DNA from: Pavona decussata
Lineage: Eukaryota
Assembly: GCA_977016875.1 (NCBI GenBank)
Contig: CDRNST010000104.1
Location: forward strand, 5,084,001 to 5,148,000
Reading direction: 5' to 3'
DNA: 64,000 nucleotides
Part shown: positions 11,885-25,328 of the stretch, piece after piece
How positions within the stretch are numbered: position 1 is the stretch's first letter
Layout of the letters: each line of letters starts with the position of its first letter
Notes under the pieces: model-generated
Seen by the model: only the letters and a program-made list of their open reading frames with translations
The model's database searches: none
What the model was told of the DNA's origin: nothing
Made by a program: the position numbers and the translations under genes

Positions 11885-13352
11885 ACTAAACAATGAAACC
11901 TCCTGAGTTTTACAATGTAATATGCATTAATGTTTTAGTAGTTTACAGTTGCCCTTCGTGTAACTTGATCATTATAGAACTAAGCATTTTCTAGTCTAGA
12001 ATAAACAGGGAGTTTTAGGCAAGTCGTCGGAGACGCCCGGCTGAGGATGAAATGTAACTTGAACAATGACACGCTTTTGTTTTGGTGATTACCTGTAGTC
12101 TCACTTATCTTGACTCTTGATGGTAGTTTCGAAGTTTTCATATCAGTTGAAGGCAAAACAAGAGCACTGAAAACCTTTACCACCCTAATTCATGCGTTCT
12201 GCGAGTTCCCATCGACATTTTATTCTTTATTGACCGTTGCGTGGAAGAAATCTAAAGGTTTTGTTGCCGTCGGGGTCCCGGCCGTTTAATTAATCTCCTT
12301 TACAAAATTTTAAGCGAAACGTTGGCCCGGCTGAACGTTCTAATGTTGCTGTAAAACACATTTAAAATTATTTTCTTATGTGAAAAGGTTGGACACGCAG
12401 CTAAGTGTCATTTGACATCTCGTTAACACTGAAATGTTGCCCACTGAGAATTTTTTATCGAAAGCAGAGTATTCATTCGGTATTGAGTGTAAAAAGGTTG
12501 GTAAAAATAATCTAAAATGGGATGTTAAACGCTTTGGCGTTGTTTAACCACCGAAATGTGATGTACGACAGAATTAGAATGGTTATCTGGGGGTTACGGA
12601 AGCTAGTCACTGGACTATTTTCCCCATTTTTTGTGAAAGTAGTTATAAGCTCCAACATAGGAGAATTTTATACCGCAGACAATAGCTGAATACTTAAGCT
12701 GGATAGCGAATTTTTTAGCTAGCAGGAAATGTTTCTCATCAAGATCGTACATATTTTTGGTATTTTTACAATGTAGTGAATGTGTCTTGAGTATGGCTTT
12801 TATCTTAGTATATTCCAATGTAAGGGGAAAAACTCTTTTTTAGATTGAAGATAATCTAAGCACCCTAGGAAGTGGATGGGGGTGAGGGTGAAGTTTGTGG
12901 CCAACCATCTACGTTTTTCGCTTTGGTGGCCTTGCTTTTTGAAAAAATTGAAAGAGGCCCCACTCGCTTTTTAACAGGCAGAGTTAGCTGCGGTAGGCAT
13001 CGAGAGGAAATAGAATGTATTGCACATTTCAATAATAAAAAGAATTAATAAATCACTTCATTTAATTGTCACCTATGGCATTTTTCACGGAGTAGCATAA
13101 TTGGTAACGCTAACCAGTTCCGGGATTGGAAATTGGATGGAAATGGTGCTTTTTGAGGAGAGGGGAAAACCCGAGTACCAAGGAGAAGACCATATACAAA
13201 TTCAGCTGCGAACTGAACCCACATATGATGCTGCGAGTCCGGTAGTCGAAGCACTGTTCAATCGCTCCTATTGACCGTTAATGTCCTAAAGTTTTCAATC
13301 CTAAGCCTTGTATGTGTTGCGCTCCATTGTCCGATTGCGTAAAGCATCTGAA

Positions 13353-13927
13353 CCCTATCTAGACCGGGGGGGTTGTGCCGTGGCGACTTTAAACCTGAAT
13401 AACTTTTTAAATATTTTAGCAAACGCCCTTGAAAACTTTAGGACTTTTTCAGAAATTTATCTGGGAAAAAATTTGATGCGGTCGGTTAGTGTTCATAGAC
13501 TTTAATGTTACCAAGGCAACCGATTCTTGACAGGCAGTTTTTTCAGACTAGAAAATCCCTTTTTAAAATGAAGAAAAATCACTTTTCCTCCCGTAATTTT
13601 TATTTTTTAACTCATAATAAAGTTCCTGTATTTGTTTTGATTGCTTCTCTTTCAATTTCGGCGCTTTCCTGAAGTTTTGGGAAAATCCAGAAATCCTAGA
13701 TGGCGGATCCAAGATGGCCCCCATTTGGCTACCACATGATATGACATCATCACTTTGCGTTGCCGACCTCGAAGGAGACATCATTAAACTTACTATCTAT
13801 TCTCCAAGTCTCACTGTCATAGCTTTAATACTTGCAAAGTTATGGAGGGTGGCACAATCCACCTCCCCTGGCCCCAGAAGACAAGAAAATTTTAATTTTC
13901 TTAAAAATAAAGCCCAGTCTAGATAGA
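13353..13927. mobile_element. piggyBac-like (TTAA/CCCT) non-autonomous element
   Basis: CCCTATCTAGACCGGG ... CCCAGTCTAGATAG termini with degenerate TTAA flanks. A related fragment starts TTAACCCTACTCAGCCTGG at ~53099. Confidence 0.6.
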
Positions 13928-15001
13928 TCAAACAACCTAGCTTAAAAGTCAAACCCCGAAGCAGTTTTTGTGCACTTGTTATTGCAAATAAAGAAATCAA
14001 CCCTAAACGTAGAAACTGTGCACTCACCCAATCAGGAACAAGTATTTTTGTCGATCCAATATGATGATGATAGTTCTGCCTCTCGACCAATCAGGAGAAA
14101 GTAATTTTGCCCCCGGTAAAAAAGAAAATTAAGAGAAAACGCACTCCATCTGGGTCAATTTTGCCCTCCATGTTGATTATAACAAGGCTACTTACAATTT
14201 CAGCCAGTTTCAACCCTTGAAAAACAGGAAATGCAATGCGGGAAGCCTCCTCCGCTTGCGATGCCAACAATAAACCCGCGTGCCGACAGCTATGTATTTA
14301 CTCAATTTTACTGATTACTCGAGACACAAAGTACCCTAAAACTCGAAAACAAAACACGCTCAACAATGAAAGACAACCCTAACTACTCTCGCGTAAGCGC
14401 AGTGCAATCACACATGCATGCACCCATATAGCAATAAAGACAGTCCAAACATACGAACAACCCGCAGAAAATTGTATCCTAGTTGTAACGTCAACTAGCA
14501 GCATTAACGTTCGTGGTCCTTTGCAGTTTTCACGTCTATCCTAGTTGACTGATTTGGGTCTGGAAATACTGGAATGCTGATGTCATCACGGATGAGTGCA
14601 ATATTTGCTTACATCTTTTCAGATTTCTTATGAAAAAATTGCCAAGCAAACAGCGGGTTCAACCTGTGTTTTTTATTGGTTCTTTAAATCAGAGGCGGTT
14701 ATTGCAATAAAGATTATTTATTTCCCTGATGAAGTTTCCACTGTACAGTCCGACTATCACACTAAATAGTCGATAGAAATTATCTTGTTACATAATATAT
14801 CGTCTTGTTATTGACTCTTTGAATTCCTATTTTGGTAATCTATATTTATGTCGGTGTTGGTGGTTTCCGGATTTTGTCGGACTTAGGGTGTTTCGTTTTC
14901 GAGTCGAGGGTGCGTCAGTTTTCGACTTGGGCTGTTTCGTTTTCGAGTTCAAGATGCTTTCAACTGCCTTCCTTTTCCATTACTCCTAGTTGTAGGTCTT
15001 T

Positions 15002-15155
15002 TAGACTACAAGCAGCGAACTACGTGAACTACGCGAACGCGCGCGAAAATTGCCTCCCGTGGGGTGCGTCTCCTCGCGGGAGGTAATTTTCGCGCGCGCT
15101 CGCGTGGAGCTCGCTTTACTATCCCTGACAACGAATCAGGGACTACTCGTAGTCG
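15002..15155. mobile_element. TAGACTAC-family MITE upstream of DEAF1
   Basis: TAGACTACAAGCAG ... CTACTCGTAGTC ends; internal palindrome CGCGCGCGAAAATTGCCTCCCG..CGGGAGGTAATTTTCGCGCGCG. Confidence 0.7.
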
Positions 15156-15539
15156 CAGTCTTTCCTGATTGAACAATTCCACCGAACGATAGTACATTGT
15201 GTTTAGATAAATACATTTTCTATCTTGATTTGAATTACATTCCACGATAAATGTACTGTATAGCTGTGATCATGTGAGAGCCCCTTTAACTTTTTCAGTG
15301 CTCGTGAACTGGGACTAGTCACGTTTCGTCGGCCACGAACACAAAAGACCCCCAGCAAACAGGTAAAGAACGAAGTGTTATATCGGGTCCAAAACACCGC
15401 TAAATTCCACTTAAAAAGCCTGAAATTCAACTTTTTCAAGGAAAATAGCAAATTGGTGAGCTGTTTTGACTTTTTCATTCGTTCTTGAAGTTTTCCTTGG
15501 GCAAAATATCGATCTGCATCGCTCCCGCAACGCAAAACA

Positions 15540-18204
15540 ATGGACGACAACGTTGGCGTTCCGAGGACGAGCGAGGGATTATCGGTAGTGTCTTCGTTAT
15601 CTGAAGTCAACGAGCAAATCGCCATCGCCGAGCACATACCGACAGAACACGAAACTGCCACAACTGCTGTCTTCCATCCAGGCGAAGAGGCTTCGAGCAC
15701 GAATGTTAGCGGCCATCCTCAATGCGAAGTGCAGGTCGTGAAAGTCACGAACGGGAATGTCAGTATTAGTTTCGCTACCCCCGCTCCGTCGGCGTCGCAT
15801 ATCCAAGCTTCTCAGTCCACCCTGCAACCTATTCAGGAAGTCATCGCTGACAGTCCCGCTCATTCCACGAGGTCGTCCAGTCCGAATTTGCAAGATTCAC
15901 AAGCCGTTGCGACGATACAACAAGCAGAGCAAGATGAAATGTCCGCAGGAAACCAACACGACGACGGTTCGCCTTTATCGAGGGCAAAATTCGAGACCCA
16001 GGGAAAATCGCCGTGGGATGGAGCCATGAACGCAGACGTGCTCATTGTTCGCTGCAGGAATGAAACGGCTGAGCTGTATAAGAATAAGCTGGGATCTGGA
16101 GGTCGTGGAAAATGTATAAAGGTGAGAAACGAGTTACAAGAGATCTTTGTTGTGTTTAATAAAGTGATTTTCGATTAGCTGGTGAGTGTACACTCTTTAA
16201 ACACCCGTTATATGCAGTGTGAAAATTTACGCTCTATTACGAAGTCCGTAACTTGCCTTATGCCGATTTACGGGGTGGTTTTTACAGTAAGAATGTTCAA
16301 GGATTTAGATATAAGTTGATTAGTTTTGTTTTACATGTATACCGTGGAATGAAATATTATTAATGAGCTTAATATTAGTATTGCCCCTTACGTAGGTGCA
16401 GGACATGACATGTTTAGCTAGCCCTCCCGCTGGTAAGTTGTCCCAAGGCTGCAAGGGGAACCCAGGCTGAGGAGGGGCACTTGCCTTTTTTGAAATGTCC
16501 CACAACTACAAAAATGTACCTGAGGCCCTTGGGCTTACCGTTGATTTCACTACTAGACCTATGCCAACTTTGAAATCAAAACTGGTCTTCCATCAATCAT
16601 TTGTGGTACCAGTACCTCACAAGACTTAGGTTGGTTACGTGGCGTGTCGAAAGATGGCACATTGAACTTGATAGTTCACTACATACCAGTTATGCAATGC
16701 TTTCGAGTGGTATACCGTGAAATATCCCACAAATGACTTGATTTTTCTTAGTATACATGAGTGGGATATTCATGGTATACCACCAGAACGCAAATTGCAT
16801 AACTAATTTATCCCATACCACTCATTGAATTAACACAAAACATCACTCTGTAATACTTTAACAGCAAATACAATCAGTGAAAAAATATTCAACAGATTGG
16901 CAACATTTCTTAAAAGTACATAATTTTGATAAAAAAAATTAAAAAATATAAATAGGTACTGCTCATTAAATGTAGAAAAGTCTTTCAACGAAAGGTAAGA
17001 AGTAAGCCGGGATTTTTTTGTGGAAAACTACCCCTTGCATACCACACAATATGCAACAGGTTTCTAGCTTTCTGATTGGCTGTATTCTCTATGGCATGGG
17101 TAAACATGCATGTATGTATGAAACATTGGAAATGGCTGTTACCATACCATACCTAGATCTGTTACAGTTTTTTTTTGTTATTGGATCCTCCTGTCCTTTT
17201 TTTCTTGGGGGGTGGGAGGTGCATAAGGTACGTCTAGGGACATTTTCTGGAACTGTGTAATCAATAACATTTGATAGAAAATCTACAGACATTGTAGCCA
17301 GGTTTCCATTGGTATCAGCTACAGATGAGAAAAAGGAATTTTGAGTTTGATATATTTTTTATGGTGCATGTTCAAATTACAGTATCAAGAACACTGGATG
17401 ACACCATCAGAGTTTGAAGCTCGCTGTGGAAGGGCATCTTCGAAGGATTGGAAGCGCAGTATTCGTTATGGTGGACGCACCCTTCAGTCTTTAATTGAAG
17501 ATGGAATCCTTGTTCCTCATGCCATCTCCTGCACATGTGCAACATGTTGTGATGATGATACACTGGTATGAAAAATTGTCATTTTCTCAAGTGTTTACAA
17601 TGAGACAGGAGAGCAAAACTACATTTTACATAACATAAATAATGCCTTTTATTCAGCAAGGGTTTTAATTTTTTTTTTCATTAGTACATTGTACATGTAA
17701 TGTTGATGACAGCAATAAGTAAAACCACAAAAATTATTTCCCTTAACAAAAAAAATAAATAAATAATAATAATAATAATAATAAAATAATCAGATTAATG
17801 AGCAATTTCACCCAGCAGTTTTCATATCTGACAAGATCTAGAACTTTTTTGAGATTGAAGAGCATGGGTATATCTGGAAAGCTTTTACTGACATACTGAA
17901 CCACTGTCAGAGCAGGCCCACAGCCTGTACAGTTTTTAAAGCTGACAAATTATCACAGTGAATATAAGAACTTAACTTACAGTCCTGAGTGTACTTGGCA
18001 GAGACAGTTTTCATGTCTTTTGTCCTCTATTGTTATTTTTCTTTTTTTAGATTTTTATTAGCCTAAGACACACAATACAATTTTTACAGTACTACGCACT
18101 ATTTTTAGTACTTACAAAGTTACAATACTTACAGTGTTCACAATACTTGCAGTATCTTACAATATCTCGCTTTACTAATTAACAATTTTATTATTCCATG
18201 AACA

Positions 18205-18235
<31 letters not shown>

Positions 18236-21200
18236 TCGGCACTCATGTCCAACAAGTGCGAGTGGAATAATTGTTTTATTGAAAACAATTAAGAAATATT
18301 GCTAGATCTTACTGATTTTGCTGTGCAAGAATGACCAGCAGACAATTTAATGATCGCCATTTCCCGGCCATGGTATAATGGCTCATATACCATGGCCGCT
18401 AAGCCAATCAAATCCCTCAAATTGCATTATACAATTATTCAGTTTTTAATAATAATATTTACAGTGCTTACAACATTACACATACATTTAATAGGGAAAG
18501 AAGCCAAAAGATAGATAATTTATAAGAAAGAAATAAATAAATAGCTAAATATACTAAATGAAAGAAAAAAAAAACATTGAGGGAAGTTAATCAACTAAAG
18601 AGGAGGTCTTTGTAGCAAATATATATATTTAGAGAGGAAAGTTATAAATGTACATGTACCCCATGTTGTATTTAGTTGAATTGAGCTTTCATGTCTGTTA
18701 TGTTTGTTAGGCTGGTCCAATCAGGTTGTTTGTCCCATACAAACGTAGAAAGCGCGAGTCCTCCCAGTCTGGCTCACCAGTTCTCAAGAAAAGTTTGTCT
18801 CTTAGTTCTGAGAATTCCAGGCGTGAAGGTAAAATTGCATCATTTTTCTTCTTTAGTACATAGTCCAGTAATTGAATTTAGTAATCTGATCAGTTCTGGC
18901 TCAAATGTCAGGGCAAAAATTTGCACTGTCCAAGTTTGCAGCATGGGGGACTTTTCTGATAAGGGAGAATTTAATGTCAATTGTTCAAGCTGAGGGAGTT
19001 TTACATGCAGAAGTCTGTCTTGAGTTTAAAGATCAATTCTGGCCTGTTTGGATACACAAGTACGGTAGCTCTTTCAAAAAGAACAATTGACATAATTTTG
19101 TGTACATCGTGAGCATGTTTGAGTTTGCTCTTTGAGGTTGGTCTCCCTGTACATGAAATTCTTTACGAGACCTGCTGCATAGAATATTAATTAAGGGCAC
19201 CATATTAGAAAATAAATGAATCCTTGACTGGAAAATTTCAACCCCTTACTAGGTATTGCACGATGTAAATTTACAATAATTATTATTCTAGTATATGTTG
19301 TATAGTTTTTTTTCCTTGCACAAGTACTGTAGATTTGTGGTCTGAACAAGTAGAAAACACATTCCACTTGTCATGTGGACAAGTGGAAATGAATAAAAGT
19401 TTCTTGCCCTGAAAGTTTTGTATATGGACTGCTCAAGTACATTGTACATGTACATTGTTGTTATTTTGTTTATTGGCTAAAATAATTAATTTTGTCTCTT
19501 TTCTTATAGCACATGGGTTCATGGTGCGATCTGTAAGGTAATTTCAATTTTATACAATCATTTATTACAACCCCATTCTTCATTCAAAAGGATTTAAATG
19601 AAGTTCTATCTCTTTACTAGTAGCAAACAACATGTTAGTCAGCACATCTGTAGGTAATTATCTAGAAATGTTTAAAGTAGGTAACTGGGAATCATGATCT
19701 TGTTCATAAAATTTACATTTCTTTTGTCCTAGGGGTCATTTTTTGATTTGTAAAAATCAATTAAGTAGTACTTTATTATATCAGCGAGCCATGAAGGTCT
19801 TGCAGAAATACAGATGATTGTAGTCTCTTAATTGGCTGTCTTCCAGTAGTGCAATGTTAACTGTTTCCTGGAATAAATTTCACTTTCACTTCTGATGGTA
19901 AAATTTGAGATTATCTTCCCCCACTCCCCCTCCCTTTGTGCAGACAGGCAACAGGGTGATGTTAATCTTCTGGCGGGCTATCTTTCCCATTATGGTGTCT
20001 CTATGTTAGGTGTTGAATGCATGTATACTGTTATCCACATCTTACTCTCAAGAGGGCTGCAGGAAAATAATCTCCCAACTTGAATGCTTAGGGCTGTTAC
20101 TCCCTATATCTTAAACCAGTAAATTGGTACTGAAGAATATAATTTATTTATCTTGACTAGTACTTAGAACTTAAATAAGAATTGGGCAGGCAGTGTTTTA
20201 AGCATACACACATCGCAAAGGATTTCAAGAATAATTTTAATTTATGTGTAATTATTACATTATTGTATAATGAAATACTGTATTGTCTTATGTGATGTAG
20301 CAAAGAAAATAAATGCATATTAATTTTGTGATTGTTTCATGACAAAAAAACAAGATTTGTACTTTCTGTCTGCCTTGCCAATCTTTTGTCCACTGTTGTG
20401 GCATGACACAAAATATTTAACTTTTTAGCACATTATACATTTGCAAATTGGTCTGTTAAAATTTATAGCTATTTACTTATGTGTACTATAATAAAAATTA
20501 TTGGGTTTACACTGTAGCTACTTGTGGTAAAGTTAAATGATCATTTGTCTTTTTTTTTTTTATGTGCTTGCAGTGTTGATTCAGCATCTGGAGCTTTTGC
20601 GTCCAATGATGAAGGGGCTGTGATGGATACAGGAGGTACAGTATGCTTAACCGCATTATAGGACTATTTTAGAAGTACAACGTTGTTACATGTACATGTG
20701 AGTTACATGTTTGCATTGTTAATTGTTGTATGGACATGCAATCATGTGTGCAGGGATTTCATTAAGATTTTGAACAGGTGGCAAAGGTTAATAAACCTGG
20801 GCAGGATAGTTAACTTGGATATATGTTCTTTTAAGGAAAAGTCAGAGGAGATGTTAAAAGCAGCTGTGTTTCATGATACATATAAAAGGTTTAGTTTTCC
20901 TACATGTATACATTCTGTTTGAGTGCTGTAACAGTCTAGCGGTTGAGTAATAATCACAATAATATGGTGATTGTTTCTTCATAGATCTATCAAGTGGTCT
21001 TGTAGCAGTCAGTACCTGTGTCACAAGCGCAGTGCCACCACACACCCCTGCCACTCCCCTCACACCCATGATGAGTCCCTGTCCTTCTGCTATGACGCAA
21101 GGTGTCCGACCTGAGAATCAGACTATAACCGTGACATTACCGGTCACCCCCCTTGCAACAACTGATGGAATGGCAGACCAGAGAAGGCACTGGTGGCATA

Positions 21201-24200
21201 TTGAAGAGGTGAATTGCCAACAACAATCCATAATAAGTTACAAAAATTAAATAAACAAGGGATAAATTAAATGACAGAATAAACTGGGAAGACCATCAGT
21301 ATCTCATTTAATCATATTCATTGAAGTATGTAAATAATGTAATTAGCTTGGTGTCACAAGCTTTTTCAGTAAATTTACTGAACTGTAAGGCGAATCTACA
21401 CAAATGTTGAAATACAGTAAATTTACAGTAAATTTACTGAACTGTAGGGCGAATCTACACAAATGTTGAAATACAAGTAACAGGCCTCAAGGATAAAAGC
21501 ATTTATTTCAGAACTGATTGAATTTTTAAAGTCATGTTAACAAAGCAATGTATATGTACCTATAATATTTGTAAGAGCATTGATATTGAATTTGCTAAAA
21601 AGGTCACGGTCCTGAGTCATTATTATTCATAGTCATATTGTTTCTAGTTTGGGGGAAATTTTTCATCAAGTTGTCCATGGAAATAACTAGTTTCTTCCAG
21701 GACTTGAACTGTACATGTGTGTCGAACTACTTGGAAAATAAGCCTTTTGATGAGAAACATTTACAATGTAAGACACAGGTTCAGATATTTAAACAAGTTC
21801 CACTCCTTGCTTGGTGAAAATCATCCATCAATCCTTTCTTCTTTAGGTTACAACTCAACTGCTGGGCAGCCTCAATTCTATCAATGTTCTTTCAATCATT
21901 TAAATTAAAATTTAGTAATATAATTGACATTAACTGCTACCTGATTAGCTCAGTTGGTAGAGGACTGGACTGCAGAGTAGGAGGTCATGGTTCAAATCCT
22001 CACTGCATCAACAGTCAGGGTCTTTAAATAATGTGACTGAGGCTCTCCTTTCTTTGACAACTGAAAATGGCTTGACTTTCATCTGGCTTGGATGACCACA
22101 TACTACATACTATACAAATAGAAATGGCAGCTGTGTCTCCAATTTGGTGCCATTGTAAAAGCACCGCTGAGGATGTACAGTGTACTGTTGTGAACTCTGG
22201 CTGTGGTCATCCTCAGTCCCAGCATGTGGTTGGCTTGGCATGATTTCTCTGGAAGGCTTCTCAGTGAATGAGATGGCAAGATCTCTGTGTAGCAGCCATA
22301 TGTTAATTTGAGCTTACCAAGAGCTTGGAAAACATTTAAACTTAAATGTACATATAAATGAAAACAACTTGAACGAAGCATGTTTTGTTTTATTACACAA
22401 AGATGGTGAACTCATTGTTGAACACAGCCCAGCAGTTAAAGGGAATGATTGAACATGCCAAGCTACAGGCTGAGGCAGCTAAGGATGCTGCCATCACTCA
22501 GGTGAAACTACAAGCTGAAGCTGAAAAGAAAGAGGTCAGTGCAGTACATGTGTGGCAGTTGTTTTTGAAGGGAAGCATGCATGTACACTACACCCAGGGA
22601 TGAGGGACTCTTCCGCTGTATTTTTAAAGCACTTGACATATATAGAGTGGTGCTCTTCAGCAGTTGGACAGGAAGGACTTGAATGGCACCAGAATCTCAT
22701 TTTGTGGTTTTGTTTTGAATGTTCTTTCACCTCTTAGGAAAACCAGTTCTTCTCTACAACTAGATCCTGTCTGTATTTTTTCTGGCTTATTTTTCTGAAG
22801 GAACTGGTTTACTCTCTAATTCTAATGCTGGTCACTTTGAATTTTAATAATTATAAATGCTAAGTGTTACCAAAATAATGACAAGTTTTCACTCAATCAC
22901 CCCTTCTGCTTTTACACCTGGAATCTCCCTTCTGGAGACACTAGCACATGTGTTTTAAAATTATTATTAGTAGCCAATGGACACAACACGACTGGGACAA
23001 CCAGGTTAAAACCCAAGTTCAGTTCACACCATCTGAATAGGAAACGTCTAGAAGATTGGTGGTTCATTTCAGGACTACCCTCTGTTCCTGATTTGTTTCT
23101 TTAGTAGTGCTTTGTGCCACATTGTCTCTCTCCATTGGCATGTATAAATGAGTACCAGCAAGCCCTTAGCAGCCCGGGGGAAAGCCCTGCAATAGACTCA
23201 CATCCCATCCAGGGGAGAATAGCAGCACTCTTGGTTACTTTCTGCTACAGAAACAAATAGCAAAAGCACTGGCACTCTGTCACAGTGCCACTGGTTTATA
23301 AAAATTAATGCTTTGTCTCCATGGCCTTAAATGAAGAGTTGCACATGTTCAAGTACTTTTGAGTTCTTTGAATGTGACCTGAGTACTTGCAGATCATGTT
23401 TTACAGTAGACTGAAACAAATTTTGTCAAATAATCAGATAATTTGTTTAACTCAACTGAACTTTTCAGAGGATATGGTTTAGAAATAAACATGATAATGC
23501 AAATAAATGCATTATACATGTAAATAAAGAATAAATTTAAAATAATAGGGAGTGAGGTGGGATCATCCAAATAGCAGAGGCTAATTATTCTAATAAAATT
23601 GCACGCATGATACAAGTAGGGGAAGAACAAAGGTCTTCTACAGCTGTGTGCTTGATATTTTCTCGTAGGCCTTAGCACAAGCTCGTATGAACTCCTTGAT
23701 GCAGTTATCTCGTGCATTAAATGATGCTCGAGTGGAGAAGGAAGCTGCTGTCGCTCAGGCCGTGGCACATGCTAAAGCAGAGAAGATGGAGGCTGCTGCT
23801 GATGAACGCCAGGAACAACTTATTAAGGTAGAAAAGTCACACTTTCTTCATCCTTTAATGGAAGTACCAATGACTTAAGAGATCATCAGTTTCCACAACA
23901 CTAAGACAACAGGGCTCACACGGTCATGGAAAGGTCATGGAATTTGATATTTGCATTCCAGGCCTGGAAAAGTCATGGAGTTTAGACAGATTTGTTTGCC
24001 CGATGGGTCATGGAAAAGTCATAGAATTGCAGATGTTTTCCAAAATTGTGTTAAGCTGATGGTTGAAAAGTAAAGAAATTTAGGGAACTTTGTGCCAAGC
24101 ATCAAAACGTTTAGCCAGTGAGGCACCTACTCATTATTTTCACCAGTCCTCTTGTCACCCCGTTAACTTCGGCGGTCAATTTTGAGGGGATACAATTGAA

Positions 24201-24667
24201 AAAAAAGTAATGAAAAGTTGTTGAAAAGTCATGGAAGTATCTTTCCCAGCTCCCCCCTTTCCCCCCCAATTATCATGCTTATTGCGTTCGACGTAGGAAG
24301 AACGTACTCCTAATACGGATTGGGGTCGAGATTGTATGGGACAGTCGATCAACGAATGAATGGACCTTAAGACGCGTATCTGGCACGCCCCCAGGTTTTT
24401 TTGCAGGGGCGGATGACATCATCACCAACTTGGCAAAGTAGAGAGAGCCAGGGATCGAGATCAGCGAACGCACTCCCTAATCTTTGATTATTAGTAGTTA
24501 TAATGACATTTTTAGCCGGTTTTAGCAGTGTTTGGTTTGGAAGTGTCTCCAGTTTCTAATCAGATTATTGGTTGTATTCTTAGTCCCTCAATGGTGGTGA
24601 CGGTGAAATTACCATGGAGGAGGCACCGGCTGTTGGCGAGGAAGTTGAAAAGAACGGAGTGGACTGA
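15540..24667 (+). CDS. DEAF1: DEAF1-like SAND-domain transcription factor, 9 coding exons, 523 aa, no MYND finger found
   Basis: Exons 15540-16121, 17383-17565, 18711-18828, 19510-19537, 20574-20635, 20985-21208, 22403-22534, 23669-23827, 24584-24667 join in frame (1572 nt) with GT-AG sites. SAND domain [47 protein letters not shown]; Zn motif [11 protein letters not shown]; [16 protein letters not shown]; DEAF1-specific [15 protein letters not shown]. The two small exons and the last exon are less certain. Confidence 0.9.
16680..17101 (+). repeat. Interspersed repeat, copy 1 (DEAF1 intron 1)
   Basis: Near-identical over ~400 bp to 26791-27304 (TTTCGAGTGGT..AATATCCCAC..CCCATACCACTCATTGAATT..TATTCTCTATGGCATGGG). 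Confidence 0.85.
21367..21475 (+). repeat. Two-copy tandem duplication, 59 bp unit
   Basis: CAGTAAATTTACTGAACTGTARGGCGAATCTACACAAATGTTGAAATACA at 21367 and 21426. Confidence 0.9.
21940..22100 (+). mobile_element. Decayed tRNA-derived SINE
   Basis: A box TAGCTCAGTTGGTAGAG, B box GGTTCAAATCC, followed by non-tRNA body CAGGGTCTTTAAATAA; CpGs decayed. Confidence 0.65.
23910..24236. mobile_element. hAT-like MITE fragment
   Basis: Starts CAGGGCTCACACGG; repeated AAAGTCATGGA subterminal motifs. Confidence 0.55.
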
Positions 24668-25204
24668 AGAAGGAAGCTAACAAGGTGTCATTGAGCTGAA
24701 CTGAGGAGCTTATATTCTCAGGTGCACTTTTGGACAATGGAGACGTAACCGTGTGAGTTACGTGGCTTGGACGTGGTGGCATTGTGAGGTGTTGTGAATA
24801 CATGTCTCGGGTATTACATGTACTCTGCATGTATTTTGCCTTTGAGTTCATATATGGTGACTTTTATTTCTTTTGTGTTGTTGTTGTTGTTGTTGTTTGG
24901 GTTGTCTACACTATGTTTTATTCAAACAGGTGGATTCACGTAACTTGTCTTTCATACGGATCATCACCAAACCATGTTCATAATTACAGACATTTTTACT
25001 CTAATCGATATCTGTTGAAATTTCACTCGGCATAAATGAGAATGAGTCACATGAAGCTTCAGTTTTTAGTGACTACATGTACTGGGGCAATGTTTGAGTT
25101 CATTCTGAAACCTTTGATGTGTTTTAGGTGTTGTAATTAGATCCCTTGTTGAGGTACGAAGACTTGTACATTGTAGTTACATTCACATGATGCTAACTTT
25201 GTAA

Positions 25205-25210
25205 AATAAA
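25205..25210 (+). terminator. Candidate polyadenylation signal of the DEAF1-like gene
   Basis: AATAAA about 540 nt after the TGA at 24665-24667, just before a block of repeats. Confidence 0.45.
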
Positions 25211-25328
25211 CACTCTTAAAATTTTTATGCGGCCCTTGAAATGTTTTAATCTTGCCTACTTTATCATTGAACACTATTAGCTGAGCAGATTCTGCCCTTC
25301 CCCCTTCTTTTAACTTTGGGGTCCTTAA

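Noticed and set aside
4066-16045. Antisense and alternate-frame ORFs over BCCT and DEAF1 exons (e.g. 4066-4392, 10601-10981, 15203-15700)
   Set aside because: Shadow ORFs of real coding exons with no independent motifs.
21940-22015. tRNA gene (also 37490-37568 and 7490-7573)
   Set aside because: A/B boxes present but no convincing acceptor stem or cloverleaf, and each continues into a SINE body.
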